A stretch of 64,000 nucleotides of DNA, from NCBI GenBank assembly GCA_002269645.1, contig NIVC01000903.1, forward strand, positions 148,459-212,458, given 5' to 3'. The position numbers and the translations under genes are program-made. The notes under the pieces were generated by a model. The model ran no database searches. It saw only the letters and a program-made list of their open reading frames with translations, and was not told the origin of the DNA. Origin of the DNA: Macrostomum lignano (taxonomy: Eukaryota). Positions 26,312 through 36,849 of the stretch are shown here, in pieces (the stretch's first letter is position 1; the number at the start of each line of letters is the position of its first letter).

Positions 26312-29300
26312 TCTCCCCCCTTCGAATCGCAACGGGGGCACGCCTCGATTCGCTCGGAGGTTGTAGCTCGGTCTCTGAGCCGTAGTCGCCTTGTCAGTTC
26401 CGGCTCTGCTCTCCGCTAAGCGGTTGTGGCCACCGGACTCGGGAGTACTCGGGACTGAGCTCGCCGCCGGCTGGTTCTCCACCTGCTCTGACGTGGCCGA
26501 GACCGGAGGTCCGTCGCTGCCGGGCGTCACTGTTGGCAGGTCGGCGGGCTTCGCCGCCCCTCGGAGCGGAGGTTGCCGTTCAGGTCGGTTGTCGCAGTCG
26601 CGCCGCCCTCATTGTTGTCAGGCTCGTGTCGCCGAAGTTGGTCAAGGTGGGCGAGTGTGACTCTGTTGCCTTGTCGCACGATCAGCGCCGTGTTGGATCC
26701 CTTCTGCGCTAGGAATTCTGCCTTCTCCGGGATCGCGCCTCTCCTTGGGGCGTACCACACCTCGGACCGGATTGCTGTTCTCATGGTGATGGGGTTCCGC
26801 AGCTGCCTGCCCATCAGCTGCGCTGGACTGAACTCTCTTCCGGCATGCGGCACGCATCGGTAGTTTAGCAGAATCCGCGCGAGGAACGCGTCGTACGACT
26901 CCTGCTGGTCCCAGCCCGCCGAGGCCACCTTGATCGTCTGCACCATGCGCTCAGCCAGGCCGTTCGACTGGGGGTGGTATGGCGGAGTTTTCACAGCGCG
27001 GCAGCCAATTCTGCTCAGCCAACTCACCAACCCTTCATCATGAAATTCAGCAGCATTGTCACTCACCAGGGTTCGTGGAACTCCATTGCGGGCGAAGACC
27101 TCCTGGAGGACCTTCCTGACGGTCGCGGCGCTCTTGTCCGGCACTCGGACGGCCTCCGGCCAGGCGGACATGGCGTCGACCAGGACCAGCAGGAGCCCGA
27201 CCTTTGGGACGTGAGCGTGGTCCATGTGGACGCGTCCCCAGGGTTCAGAGTCGGCCGGCCATTGATGGACGCTGCTGTGGCCGCTTTGGCGTTGCTTGGC
27301 GCAGGTGTGGCAGGCACGGACGAATCCTTCCACGTCGCCGCAGTAGCCTGGCCACCAGACGGAGTTGCGGACCAGCGCTCGTGTGCTCGAGGCACCGGGG
27401 TGCGCCCCGCTGTGTACCAACTCCAGGACGCGGCTTCGCAAAGACGAGGGAATGACTGGCCGGTCTCCGTAGCACACTACCGAGTCGTCTATTGTAAGCG
27501 CGTGACGAATTGCCTTGAAGGGCCGCTCTGCAGGGGAGCAGCCCGACCAGCGATTTCCGGCTATCCTGCGCATGACATCTGCTAGCAGCCTGTCACGTTT
27601 TGTCTCCTCTGCTAGCTCATTCCAACCAATGATGCTTTCACCAGCCCAATGCACCAGGTGGTGGTGGTGAGTCGCAGCTTCAGCCTGGTCGTCCGGAACG
27701 TCGGCAAAGTCGAGCCGGGAGAGCGCATCGGCGTGCGGAATTTGGGTTCCTCGGACGTACTCAATTGCGAAGTCGAACCCCATGAGGCGGATGGCCCAGC
27801 GAAGCAGTCGAGCGTTGGCGACCTTGGGGAGTTGTTGTCTTGTTCCAAACAGGAACTCTAGAGGGCGGTGGTCCGTTCGCAGTGTGAAACGCTTGCCTAG
27901 AAGGAATTGTCGAGCCCTCTCCATCGCCCAAACAATCGCCAGAGCCTCCCGCTCGATGTTGGAGTAGCGCGCCTCCGCCTGTGTCAATCGCCGGCTGAAG
28001 TAGATGACGGGGTGCCCTTCCTGCGTGAGCACGGCGGCCACCGCCTTTTCACTGGCGTCTGTCGTCAGCGTTGTCTCTTTGGCTCGGTCATAAGGCTGGA
28101 TGATCGGGCCGGAGCTCAGCAGCTTCTTCAGCTGGTGGAAGGCCGCTTCTTGCGCAGCTCCCCACACAAACTCCGCTCCCTTCTTGCGCAGCTGGTTCAA
28201 AGGCTCGACAACGTGCGCATAGTTGTTGACAAACCTTCCGAAGAAATTGCAGAGACCAAGGAACGACTCTAACTGGCGACGGTCGCGTGGCGCGGAGATC
28301 TCCATGATTTTGCTGACCAGGCCGGGGTCTGGCGAGATTCCGTCTGCGCTGATTCTGTAGCCCAGGAACTTGACTGTCTTGGCCCCCAGGTTGGATTTGG
28401 CGAGATTTATATTCATGCCGGCCGCCTGTAGGGTCTTGATTACTTCATCAACTTTGGCCTTGAGACCCTCGGCAGATTGACCTCCGATAAGGATGTCGTC
28501 TTGATAAATGACCTTGCCGCTTACGTCCTCGAGGGTGGTCTCCATTGCCTTTTGAAAGATGGCGGATGCTGACTTGAGGCCAGGCACTAGTCGGGTGTAG
28601 CGGAACAGCCCTAAAGGAGTTGCAATCGTGGTGACCTCCCTGCTCTTCTCCTCGAGCTCGATCTGTAAGTAGGCGTCAGATAGGTCGAGAGTGGCAAAGT
28701 CAGTCATTCCGGCAACGTCCGAGAAGATCGTTTCGACGGTTGGCATGGGGTAGGTGTCCCCGCACACCTGATGGTTGACCCCCGCTTTGTAGTCGGCGCA
28801 AATTCTGACATTGCCATTAGGTTTTAGGACGCAGACGATCGGGGACGCCCATTCGCTGCCGCCCTCCGTCACCGGCTCGATGATGCCCTCAGTCACGAGA
28901 CGCTTTAGCTCCTGATTGACGCGGTCACGCAGGTGCAGCGGCACTGCTCTGGCTGCGCAGTAGAAAGGCTTGGCACCCTCAATCAGCTTGATCCTGGCCT
29001 GGAAGCCTTTCAGACAATCGAGATGTTGAACTACGGAATCCTGAGCACTGGCTGCCTGGCCTTCGGGGTTCCAATCCAGATTGTCAAGACCCAGCAGTCC
29101 ATGTGACTTGCGCGCTGCTGTGACCACCAAGTCGACTGTGCGGAACTTTTCTTGGTCATCCCACGTGGCAGTGAACTCTCCCAGGGTTCTTATGATCGAT
29201 CCGTCGAACTGTCTCAGAATTCGTCTGGATTTCCTCAGTGCTGGGCATCCAAGTGCCTCCCAGTGGCCCCGTGGAATGAGACTCACATCAGCGCCCGTGT

Positions 29301-30228
29301 CTACCTGCATTTGCAGCTCCTTGCCGTTGATTTTGACCTGCCGGAAGATGCCGTTCCGCTCTCTGCGCTTCGGTCTGATGACGAAGACGTTGGCAGTATC
29401 TCGCTCCATCTCGGCGCCTTCGTTCTCCTCCCAGGTCTCTAGATGCACGGTGCGGGACCTGCATACGGCAGCGAAGTGGTTTTTCTTGTTGCAGGCGGTG
29501 CACCGCTTGCCGAACGCAGGGCATGCGCCTTGCTGGTGCAAACCGCCGCAATATTGGCACTTCGTCTTGCTGATGTTCCTCGGTGGTCTGGTGTCCGGCG
29601 CTGGCTGTGGGGGCGTGCCGCGCCGCCCTGCATAGGCGATGCTGGCCTCGGTGTTGGCAGCGGCCCCGGTGCTGGTGTTGTAGCAGCGGATTTGCTCAAG
29701 TTGCTCAAGTGTTTGCAGCACCTCGTTCAGCAGCATGTCGGTAGCTTGCATTCTCTCCAACAGTCTATGTTTGTGGTCCACAGAGGCGAGTCCGTCCACG
29801 AGCCGCATGGTGATGAGCTCGTCCTCGCTTGACTGTTTCGTCCCGAGCTTCTCAAAGCTACACGTAGCCGCTGCTGCACGGAGTCGGCGGTAGTAGGAGG
29901 CGACACTTTCGCTTGGGTCCTGCCTGAGGGCGAGGAATTTTGCTCGTTCGGCAATATCGAGGCGCTTCTTGGGCCGGATTGTCTCCTTGATGATGTCTCG
30001 AATTTGTTCAAATGTTTTTTCCTCCAGGCTGGTCGGGGCAGCCATGAGGGACAGCGTTCTCAGTGCCTTGAGACCTGCCCTGGCGAGGAATAGATAGGTG
30101 ATCTGCCGATCTTCTTCTGTGTCCGTCAGTTTCTTGGTTCGTGCGGCAGCCGCAAAGCTGAGCAGCCAGGCTTCGGCTGTGTCTGGGTCATCCAAGTTTA
30201 GTTCGGAGTTGTTTGCTTGCGACGCCAT
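26309..30228 (-). CDS. Gag-Pol polyprotein (Gag zinc knuckles, aspartic protease, RT, RNase H, integrase); 1233 aa as written, 1306 aa if one G is restored in the run at 26557-26560
   Basis: CQYCGGLHQQGAC and CTACNKKNHFAAVC knuckles, VDTGADVS protease, CADYK/LDLSDAYLQI/YQDDILI RT, TDASEKAVAAVL/EREALAI/TDHRPL RNase H, H..HPG...C..C plus VHMDH/SDNAAEF/PQSNGLAERMVQTIK integrase. A basic tail RPSYNLRANRGVPPLRF lies in the shifted frame. Confidence 0.96.
26312..26323 (-). other. Polypurine tract GAAGGGGGGAGA
   Basis: Purine run directly abutting the 3' LTR. Confidence 0.9.
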
Positions 30229-30586
30229 TGTCAAGTCGCGCCCAGTAAACGATGACAAGGCCGCCCGTGGGCTTGGTTTGAGTCAAGTACGAAGTTGTGT
30301 ATTTGAGATGAGCGAATTATTGCAATGATTGTGAGATACGAGGTGGTAGGTGGCGAGACCAATATATAGGCTTAAAAGACAACAAGTAAGTGGGCTTAAA
30401 ACTCAGAATCGATCACTACTGAATATTATCATGTCAAGGGGGAGAGAGAGAAAAAGTACGCAGAGCAGCGTACACCGGAGTAGGCCGGTTTGGTTAGTTA
30501 GGCTGGCTGGCTAGTTAGAGTTACTCATAATTGGACTCAGGTGAGTCAGGTGCAGTGCAGTACATCAAAACACGCCCGGCACCTCA
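30229..30586 (-). repeat. 5' LTR (358 bp), TATA-like TATATA at ~30367-30362
   Basis: Direct repeat of 25954-26311. The TATA call is by motif only. Confidence 0.97.
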
Positions 30587-31562
30587 GTGTGTGTGACAGC
30601 CTCAGTCTAGTGTGTGTGACAGCCTCAGTCTAGTGTGTGTGACAGCCTCAATCTAGTGTGTGACAGCCTCAGTCGAGTGTGTGACAGCCTCAGTATAGTG
30701 TGTGTGACAGCCTCAATCTAGTGTGTGACAGCCTCAGTCTAGCGTGTGACAGCCTCAGTATAGTGTGTGACAGCCTCAGTATAGTGTGTGTGGCAGCCTC
30801 AATCTAGTGTGTGACAGCCTCAGTCTAGCGTGTGACAGCCTCAGTATAGTGTGTGACAGCCTCAGTATAGTGTGTGACAGCCTCAGTCGAGTGTGTGACA
30901 GCCTCAGTCTAGCGTGTGACAGCCTCAGTCTAGTGTGTGTGACAGCCTCAGTCTAGCGTGTGACAGCCTCAGTCGATTGTGTGTGACAGCCTCAGTCTAG
31001 TGTGTGTGACAGCCTCAGTCTAGTGTGTGTGACAGCCTCAGTCGATTGTGTGTGACAGCCTCAGTCTAGTGTGTGTGACAGCCTCAGTCTAGCGTGTGAC
31101 AGCCTCAGTCGATTGTGTGTGACAGCCTCAGTCTAGTGTGTGTGACAGCCTCAGTCTAGTGTGTGTGACAGCCTCAGTCGATTGTGTGTGACAGCCTCAG
31201 TCTAGTGTGTGTGACAGCCTCAGTCTAGTGTGTGTGACAGCCTCAGTCGATTGTGTGTGACAGCCTCAGTCTAGTGTGTGTGACAGCCTCAGTCGATTAT
31301 GTGTGACAGCCTCAGTCTAGTGTGTGTGACAGCCTCAGTCGATTGTGTGTGACAGCCTCAGTCTAGTGTGTGTGACAGCCTCAGTCGATTGTGTGTGACA
31401 GCCTCAGTCTAGTGTGTGTGACAGCCTCAGTCGATTGTGTGTGACAGCCTCAGTCTAGTGTGTGTGACAGCCTCAGTCGATTGTGTGTGACAGCCTCAGT
31501 CTAGTGTGTGTGACAGCCTCAGTCTAGTGTGTGACAGCCTCAGTATAGTGTGTGTGACAGCC
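30587..31562. repeat. 23-25-bp minisatellite (GACAGCCTCAGTC(T/G)A(G/T)TGTGT(GT))n; one further unit at 25931-25953 on the other side of the LTR element
   Basis: Direct periodicity. Removing the element and one TSD restores a normal 25-bp unit. Confidence 0.96.
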
Positions 31563-32164
31563 TTAGTTACTCAAATCCAGTTTCTGTTTACAAGCAATTG
31601 CAGACTCGAGGCGCGTGACTGGGCGCCTAAAAAGTACTTTTTCATGCCAGCTCAGATTTGGTGTGAAACCCTTCAGCTCAGCGCTTGACCGAGCCTTTGA
31701 CGCTGGCCAGATCCCAGTGACAAGCAGATCAGGCTCCAGGGTCAGGAGCACTGGTCTCCGAGACCCCCCCTCGCCCCGATTCCTAATCCCTCCTGGAGAG
31801 CATCGTCGTCTTCATCGCGTCGTTCCATCTTGAGGATTTAGATGGAATCGCTGCGAGGACTGGGTTGGCAACTGAGATGAGGGAGGAGGCTGAGAGGAAG
31901 GGGATTCAAGTTTGTGGCCTTCGGTTCCATGCTGCTGGCTAATTAAAATATTCATCAGAGTGTGCGAATCCCTCAGGCTGGCTGATTCTTCCTAAGCTTT
32001 GACTCCTCACCGTACGGGAGAGGAGAGGGGAGCAGAGAAATTGATGAGGCTGAGAGCTGTCTGCGTCTTTATTTAAGGAGAACTCAAAAGGAATGTGGCT
32101 TTTTGCAAGCTGCAGCAGCCTGCCATCAAGCTAGCACCCATTGTTCACTTTGTAAGGCTAGCAT

Positions 32165-32430
32165 GATGACTCATCTGAAAATTTAATGACTCATTGGTTG
32201 ATCTGATGACTCATTGATTAATTTAATTACTTATTAATTGATCTGATGACTTATTTTTGATCTAATGACTCATTGGTTAATCTAATGACTGATTAGTTGA
32301 CTTTCTATGACTCATTGGTTGATTCTATGACTCATTGGTTGATTTTTATGACTCGTCGGTTAATGTGACGACTCTCGTCAATCGCGATGTGACTACGAAC
32401 TATGACTCATTGCATAATTATTTATGACTT
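32165..32430. repeat. Degenerate repeat centred on ATGACTCAT
   Basis: About 10 imperfect copies of (a)tgactcatt. Confidence 0.7.
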
Positions 32431-32985
32431 AATATACTCTCCCGCACATTCTGGGACTTTCGCATACCTGAATAAAGAGACTCACAAAGATTATGGCTGC
32501 CAATATGAATCTGAATTACAGTAGATTTACTCGAAGCGTTTCAAAGCCTGCACAATACAGCTGAAATTAAGCAGTTTTTATTGCGACAATCGGAAATTCA
32601 TTTTTATTGCATTGCCCTGATTAGGCGGGCAACCCGGCGGACTGTTTCATATTGAGCAGCACCTTGCGCCATGCCGTCAGCAGTCGAACAATTAAGTTGG
32701 TGCTCTGCAGGCATGAATGGAATTTAACTGCCGTGAGGCGATCAATGCGCTGGCAATAAAAAGCAGACTGAATAGGATTAGCATATCTGCGATTTTTATT
32801 TTTTGGCGCCTGTTGTCTTGCAGTTTGGCAGCAAATTGGCAGACTTGCCAACTGAAATCGCACCGCTAGCAACTAAATTGGCATCCATAGCAACCGAATT
32901 TCTCTTCTCAAACAACCGATTAGCATTGTTAGCAATAAAATGTGCACTTTATGGAAACTAAATTGGAAGTCCTAGAAGCCAAATA

Positions 32986-33600
32986 GGTAACGATAGCAAC
33001 CAGTTTGGTAACGATAGCAACCAAATTGGTAACGATAGCAACCAGATTGGTAACGATAGCGACCAAATTTTTTACCCTAGCAACCAAATTTTTGACCCTA
33101 GCAACCAATTTTTTTACCCTAACAACCAAATTGGTAACCCTAGCAACCAAATTGGTGACCATAGCAACCAAATTGGTGACCATAGCAACCAAATTGGCAA
33201 CCCTAGCAAACAAATTGGCAACCCTAGCAACCAAATTGGCAACCCTAGCAACTAAATTGGTAAACCTAGCAACCAAATTAGTAACCCTAGCAACCAAATT
33301 GGTGACCATAGCAACCAAATTGGCAACCCTAGCAAACAAATTGGTAACCCTAGCAAACAAATTGGTGACCCTAGCAAACAAATTGGCAACCCTAGCAAAC
33401 AAATTGGCAACCCTAGCAAACAAATTGGCAACCCTAGCAACTAAATTGGTAAACCTAGCAACCAAATTAGTGACCCTAGCAACCAAATTGGTGACCATAG
33501 CAACCAAATTGGTAACCCTAGCAAACAAATTGGCAACCCTAGCAAACAAATTGGTAACCCTAGCAACCAAATTGCTGACCCTAGCAACCAAATTCGTAAT
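32986..33600. repeat. 21-bp minisatellite (TAGCAACCAAATTGG(T/C)(A/G)ACC(C/A))n, ~29 units
   Basis: Direct periodicity; explains the VARVTNL and LATKLVT ORFs. Confidence 0.95.
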
Positions 33601-35220
33601 CCTATCAACCGCAACTTGGCTACCCTGAAACCGAATGTGCACTCTTTGGCAGCCAAATATTCATAGATACACCTGACACTAAGTCGGGCGCTCTGTTCCC
33701 TTTTTGCACTTTTAGGGTGCACAGCTGGCATCGCTTGCGGCACCTACCGGAATTGAGGAACTGAGCGCCAAAGACCCGGCCGCTCTCCCATCTCCCTCTC
33801 GCACTCCAGACCCCCGAGAGCAGATTTATGATTACAGGGCTAAAGGGCAATAATTAATCTCGCCGAGTCCGAGAGAATCGAAAGCCTGTGCAAGCCTCAA
33901 CATAGGAGAGTCCTGCAGTCCCCGCAGTCCAGGCCTCACCGCTGTTATTGGGCAAAAATGTGCTTAGCTATTAATGAAGCATAACACGCGTGGGAGCGAC
34001 AAAAATGGCATTTACTAGGGTTGTAAAACTCCAACCCGGCAAATGGAATTATTGGGGCGTGGCCCCGGATCCTGATTTACTGGGACAAGTATTGCTGAGC
34101 GCCGTCCCTAGGGGGCTGCGGCAGTGCGGCCTTAACGACTGCAGCTGGTGCTGATAAGCTCGGCTGCGAAAGCTGCCCCCCCAAGAGAAGGTAATGAAGC
34201 AAAACTGGCACTTCTTGCCTGGCGTATAGACCCCCCATGCACTGCATGCCCAAATGTTGCCAATTCAGCAGCTGTTTATTCGACCTGGTAGCTGCTGGCT
34301 AAGTGCTGACCTTCAGTTGGTTGACTGTTTCTTCTGGGGCTAGTGATGCTGGGCAGGATGAAACCTGATGACACACATTAAACATATGGCACTCCAGCTT
34401 TGCACACGTTCAGCTATAGAGGAGCTAGTAATGGCTAAGCCTGATTGCACGCCAAGCTTTGCACACGCTCAATGATAGAGAGCTAGTATGGCTTAGCTTG
34501 ATTGCACCAAGCTTTGCACACGCTTAACAATCGTTATTTCAGTATCCAAAGGCCCAGAGATGCGCATTCTTAATCCAAATAGAATAAATTAGCAAACGGT
34601 CAAGTGTTTGTTTACTCCTTAAATTTGCAAGCATCTCCCTCAGTGAGAATACGCAGATATAAGATTAGGATCAACGCCCTGCTCACATGCCCAAGTCTTC
34701 ACGTGCTCTGCAGCTCTTCTCCCTTTGCATGCAGCTTCCCCATGCAGCCCGCAGTCAGCCAGCTGTCTTAAATTCAATCAGATTCCCCAGAGAGTTGCCT
34801 CAGTATCAAAGGCTCGCTCGGGCGCATGGCTTGTAAGCTGCATCGCTGCTGCCCCCCCCCCCGGACTCCCCGCGGACCTCGATCCCTTCATTTGTCTCCA
34901 ATTACTGCGCCACGTCCAGCTGACTGCGCGGTTTTACACACTTAATTTGAGCCAAAATCCAGTGCTGTGTCTATTTTTAGCACGGCCATTTCAAGCAGTT
35001 TCCCACTTGGGGATCACAGTGCTCAGCGTTGGAGTCATGGCAGGAACTTACCATCCAGAAGCCGTGACCTCTAGTTGGTCTTCTGGGATTTTGATTTCTC
35101 GTTTTTGTATTTCTCTCCGACACTGACCTCGTTAATTAGCTTCAGCTCAACACTTAATTGGTAGATTCTTTATGCAACTGCGTTCTTACCAAGCGCTTCA
35201 CTTTTGGTTTGATCTCCTAG

Positions 35221-35737
35221 TCTGGTATACAGCCTCACTCTGATTGGCTGTCTGTTGCATAGTCTGGCATGCAGCCTCACTCTGATTGGCTGTCTGTTGC
35301 ATAGTCTGGCATGCAGCCTCACTCTGATTGGCTGTCTGTTGCATAGTCTGGCATGCAGCCTCACTCTGATTGGCTGCCTGTTGCATAGTCTGGTATACAG
35401 CCTCACTCTGATTGGCTGTCTGTTGCATAGTCTGGTATACAGCCTCACTCTGATTGGCTGTCTGTTGCATAGTCTGGTATACAGCCTCACTCTGATTGGC
35501 TGTCTGTTGCATAGTCTGGCATGCAGCCTCACTCTGATTGGCTGCCTGTTGCATAGTCTGGCATGCAGCCTCACTCTGATTAGCTGCCTGTTGCATAGTC
35601 TGGCATGCAGCCTCACTCTGATTGGCTGTCTGTTGCATAGTCTGGCATGCAGCATCACTCTGATTGGCTGCCTGTTTTCTAGTCCGGAATGCAGCCTCAC
35701 TCTGATTGGCTGCCTGCTGCATGCAGTCTCACTCTGA
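35221..35737. repeat. 42-bp minisatellite (GCAGCCTCACTCTGATTGGCTGTCTGTTGCATAGTCTGGCAT)n, ~12 units
   Basis: Direct periodicity; same family as 41903-42421. Confidence 0.95.
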
Positions 35738-36224
35738 ATCTTAAAGCTTCCATTCTTAAGTGGAGGCAAACTGTCAGAACTGCACACAGTGATAAAATTA
35801 ATAAGGTTAGAATTCAGCAGTATATACTTGAGTAGAACAATTAATCGTCTATATTCAGGCAATTTTATTTTAATAAAAAACCTGTCGTAGGTAAATATAG
35901 AACGGACAGTATTAGCTATTGAATCGCAATTTCTTCTACTTGTTTGGAGTTCTATAAATTTAATAAATTCGCAAAAAAGGACAGCTAAAATCGCAAAGGT
36001 TGCCAGGCAGGAAGTTATCAAAAATATTTATAGTTTAAAAAATCTGCATATCTCATTATTTGTATGAATAACATAAATATGAAAGGATCGCAGTAATTAC
36101 AACGACAATTTCAATAATGAAAGAATTTTCCTAATTACACTAGAAACTATGAAAATTACACTAGACATAAAGTCAGGTTTTGGGACTCAGTTATTGACAA
36201 CCTAGCTGGAATGGACACACCCAA

Positions 36225-36622
36225 TGTCAGTGGGACAGTTTCTGACACCAGCCAATAGACACACTCAATGTCAGTGGGACACAGTTTCTGACACCAGCCA
36301 ATAGACACACTCAATGTCAGTGGGACAGTTTCTGACACCAGCCAATAGACACACTCAATGTCAGTGGGACACAGTTTCTGACACCAGCCAATAGACACAC
36401 TCAATGTCAGTGGGACACACATGGTCTTGGACACAAGCCATAGACACACGTGGTTTTAGACACTTAGCCATGGACACACATGGTCTTGGACACTTAGCCA
36501 TGGACACACATGGTATTGAGCACTTAGCCATGGACACATATGGTCTTAGACACTTAGCCATGGACACACATGGTCTTGGACACTTAGCCATGGACACATA
36601 TGGTCTTGGACACTTAGCCATC
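36225..36622. repeat. Two abutting arrays: 44-46-bp unit (GACACACTCAATGTCAGTGGGAC(AC)AGTTTCTGACACCAGCCAATA) then 30-bp unit (GGACACACATGGTCTTGGACACTTAGCCAT)
   Basis: Direct periodicity; both units share GACAC motifs. Confidence 0.9.
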
Positions 36623-36849
36623 GAAACGAAAACTGTTTTGAACACACTAGCCAATAGACACAAGTATTGCAATTTATCCTAAAAGACTCAGTGAAAGAAT
36701 TGTGTTGCAGCGGACACAAAGAAGGGGGAACACAGGGACACAGAAGGGCTGAGAGCAGGATGAGTCACAATACACACTAGAAAGACCAAATGTTAATGTC
36801 AGTAATGATGAACCGCAGGTGATATTCACAGCACCAGCCGCAGGCAGTC

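Larger units (their letters stand above)
25954..30586 (-). mobile_element. Full-length Ty3/Gypsy LTR retrotransposon, Mag/K02A2.6-like, 4633 bp
   Basis: Two 358-bp direct repeats (25954-26311 and 30229-30586) with TG...CA ends and no difference seen by eye. 5-bp TSD GTGTG at 25949-25953 and 30587-30591. A PBS-like TGGCGTCGC follows the 5' LTR and PPT GAAGGGGGGAGA precedes the 3' LTR. Domain order is gag-PR-RT-RH-IN. Confidence 0.98.

Noticed and set aside
35170-36021. 283-aa minus-strand ORF
   Set aside because: The C-terminal two thirds is the 42-bp repeat; the AT-rich N-terminal part has no recognisable motif.
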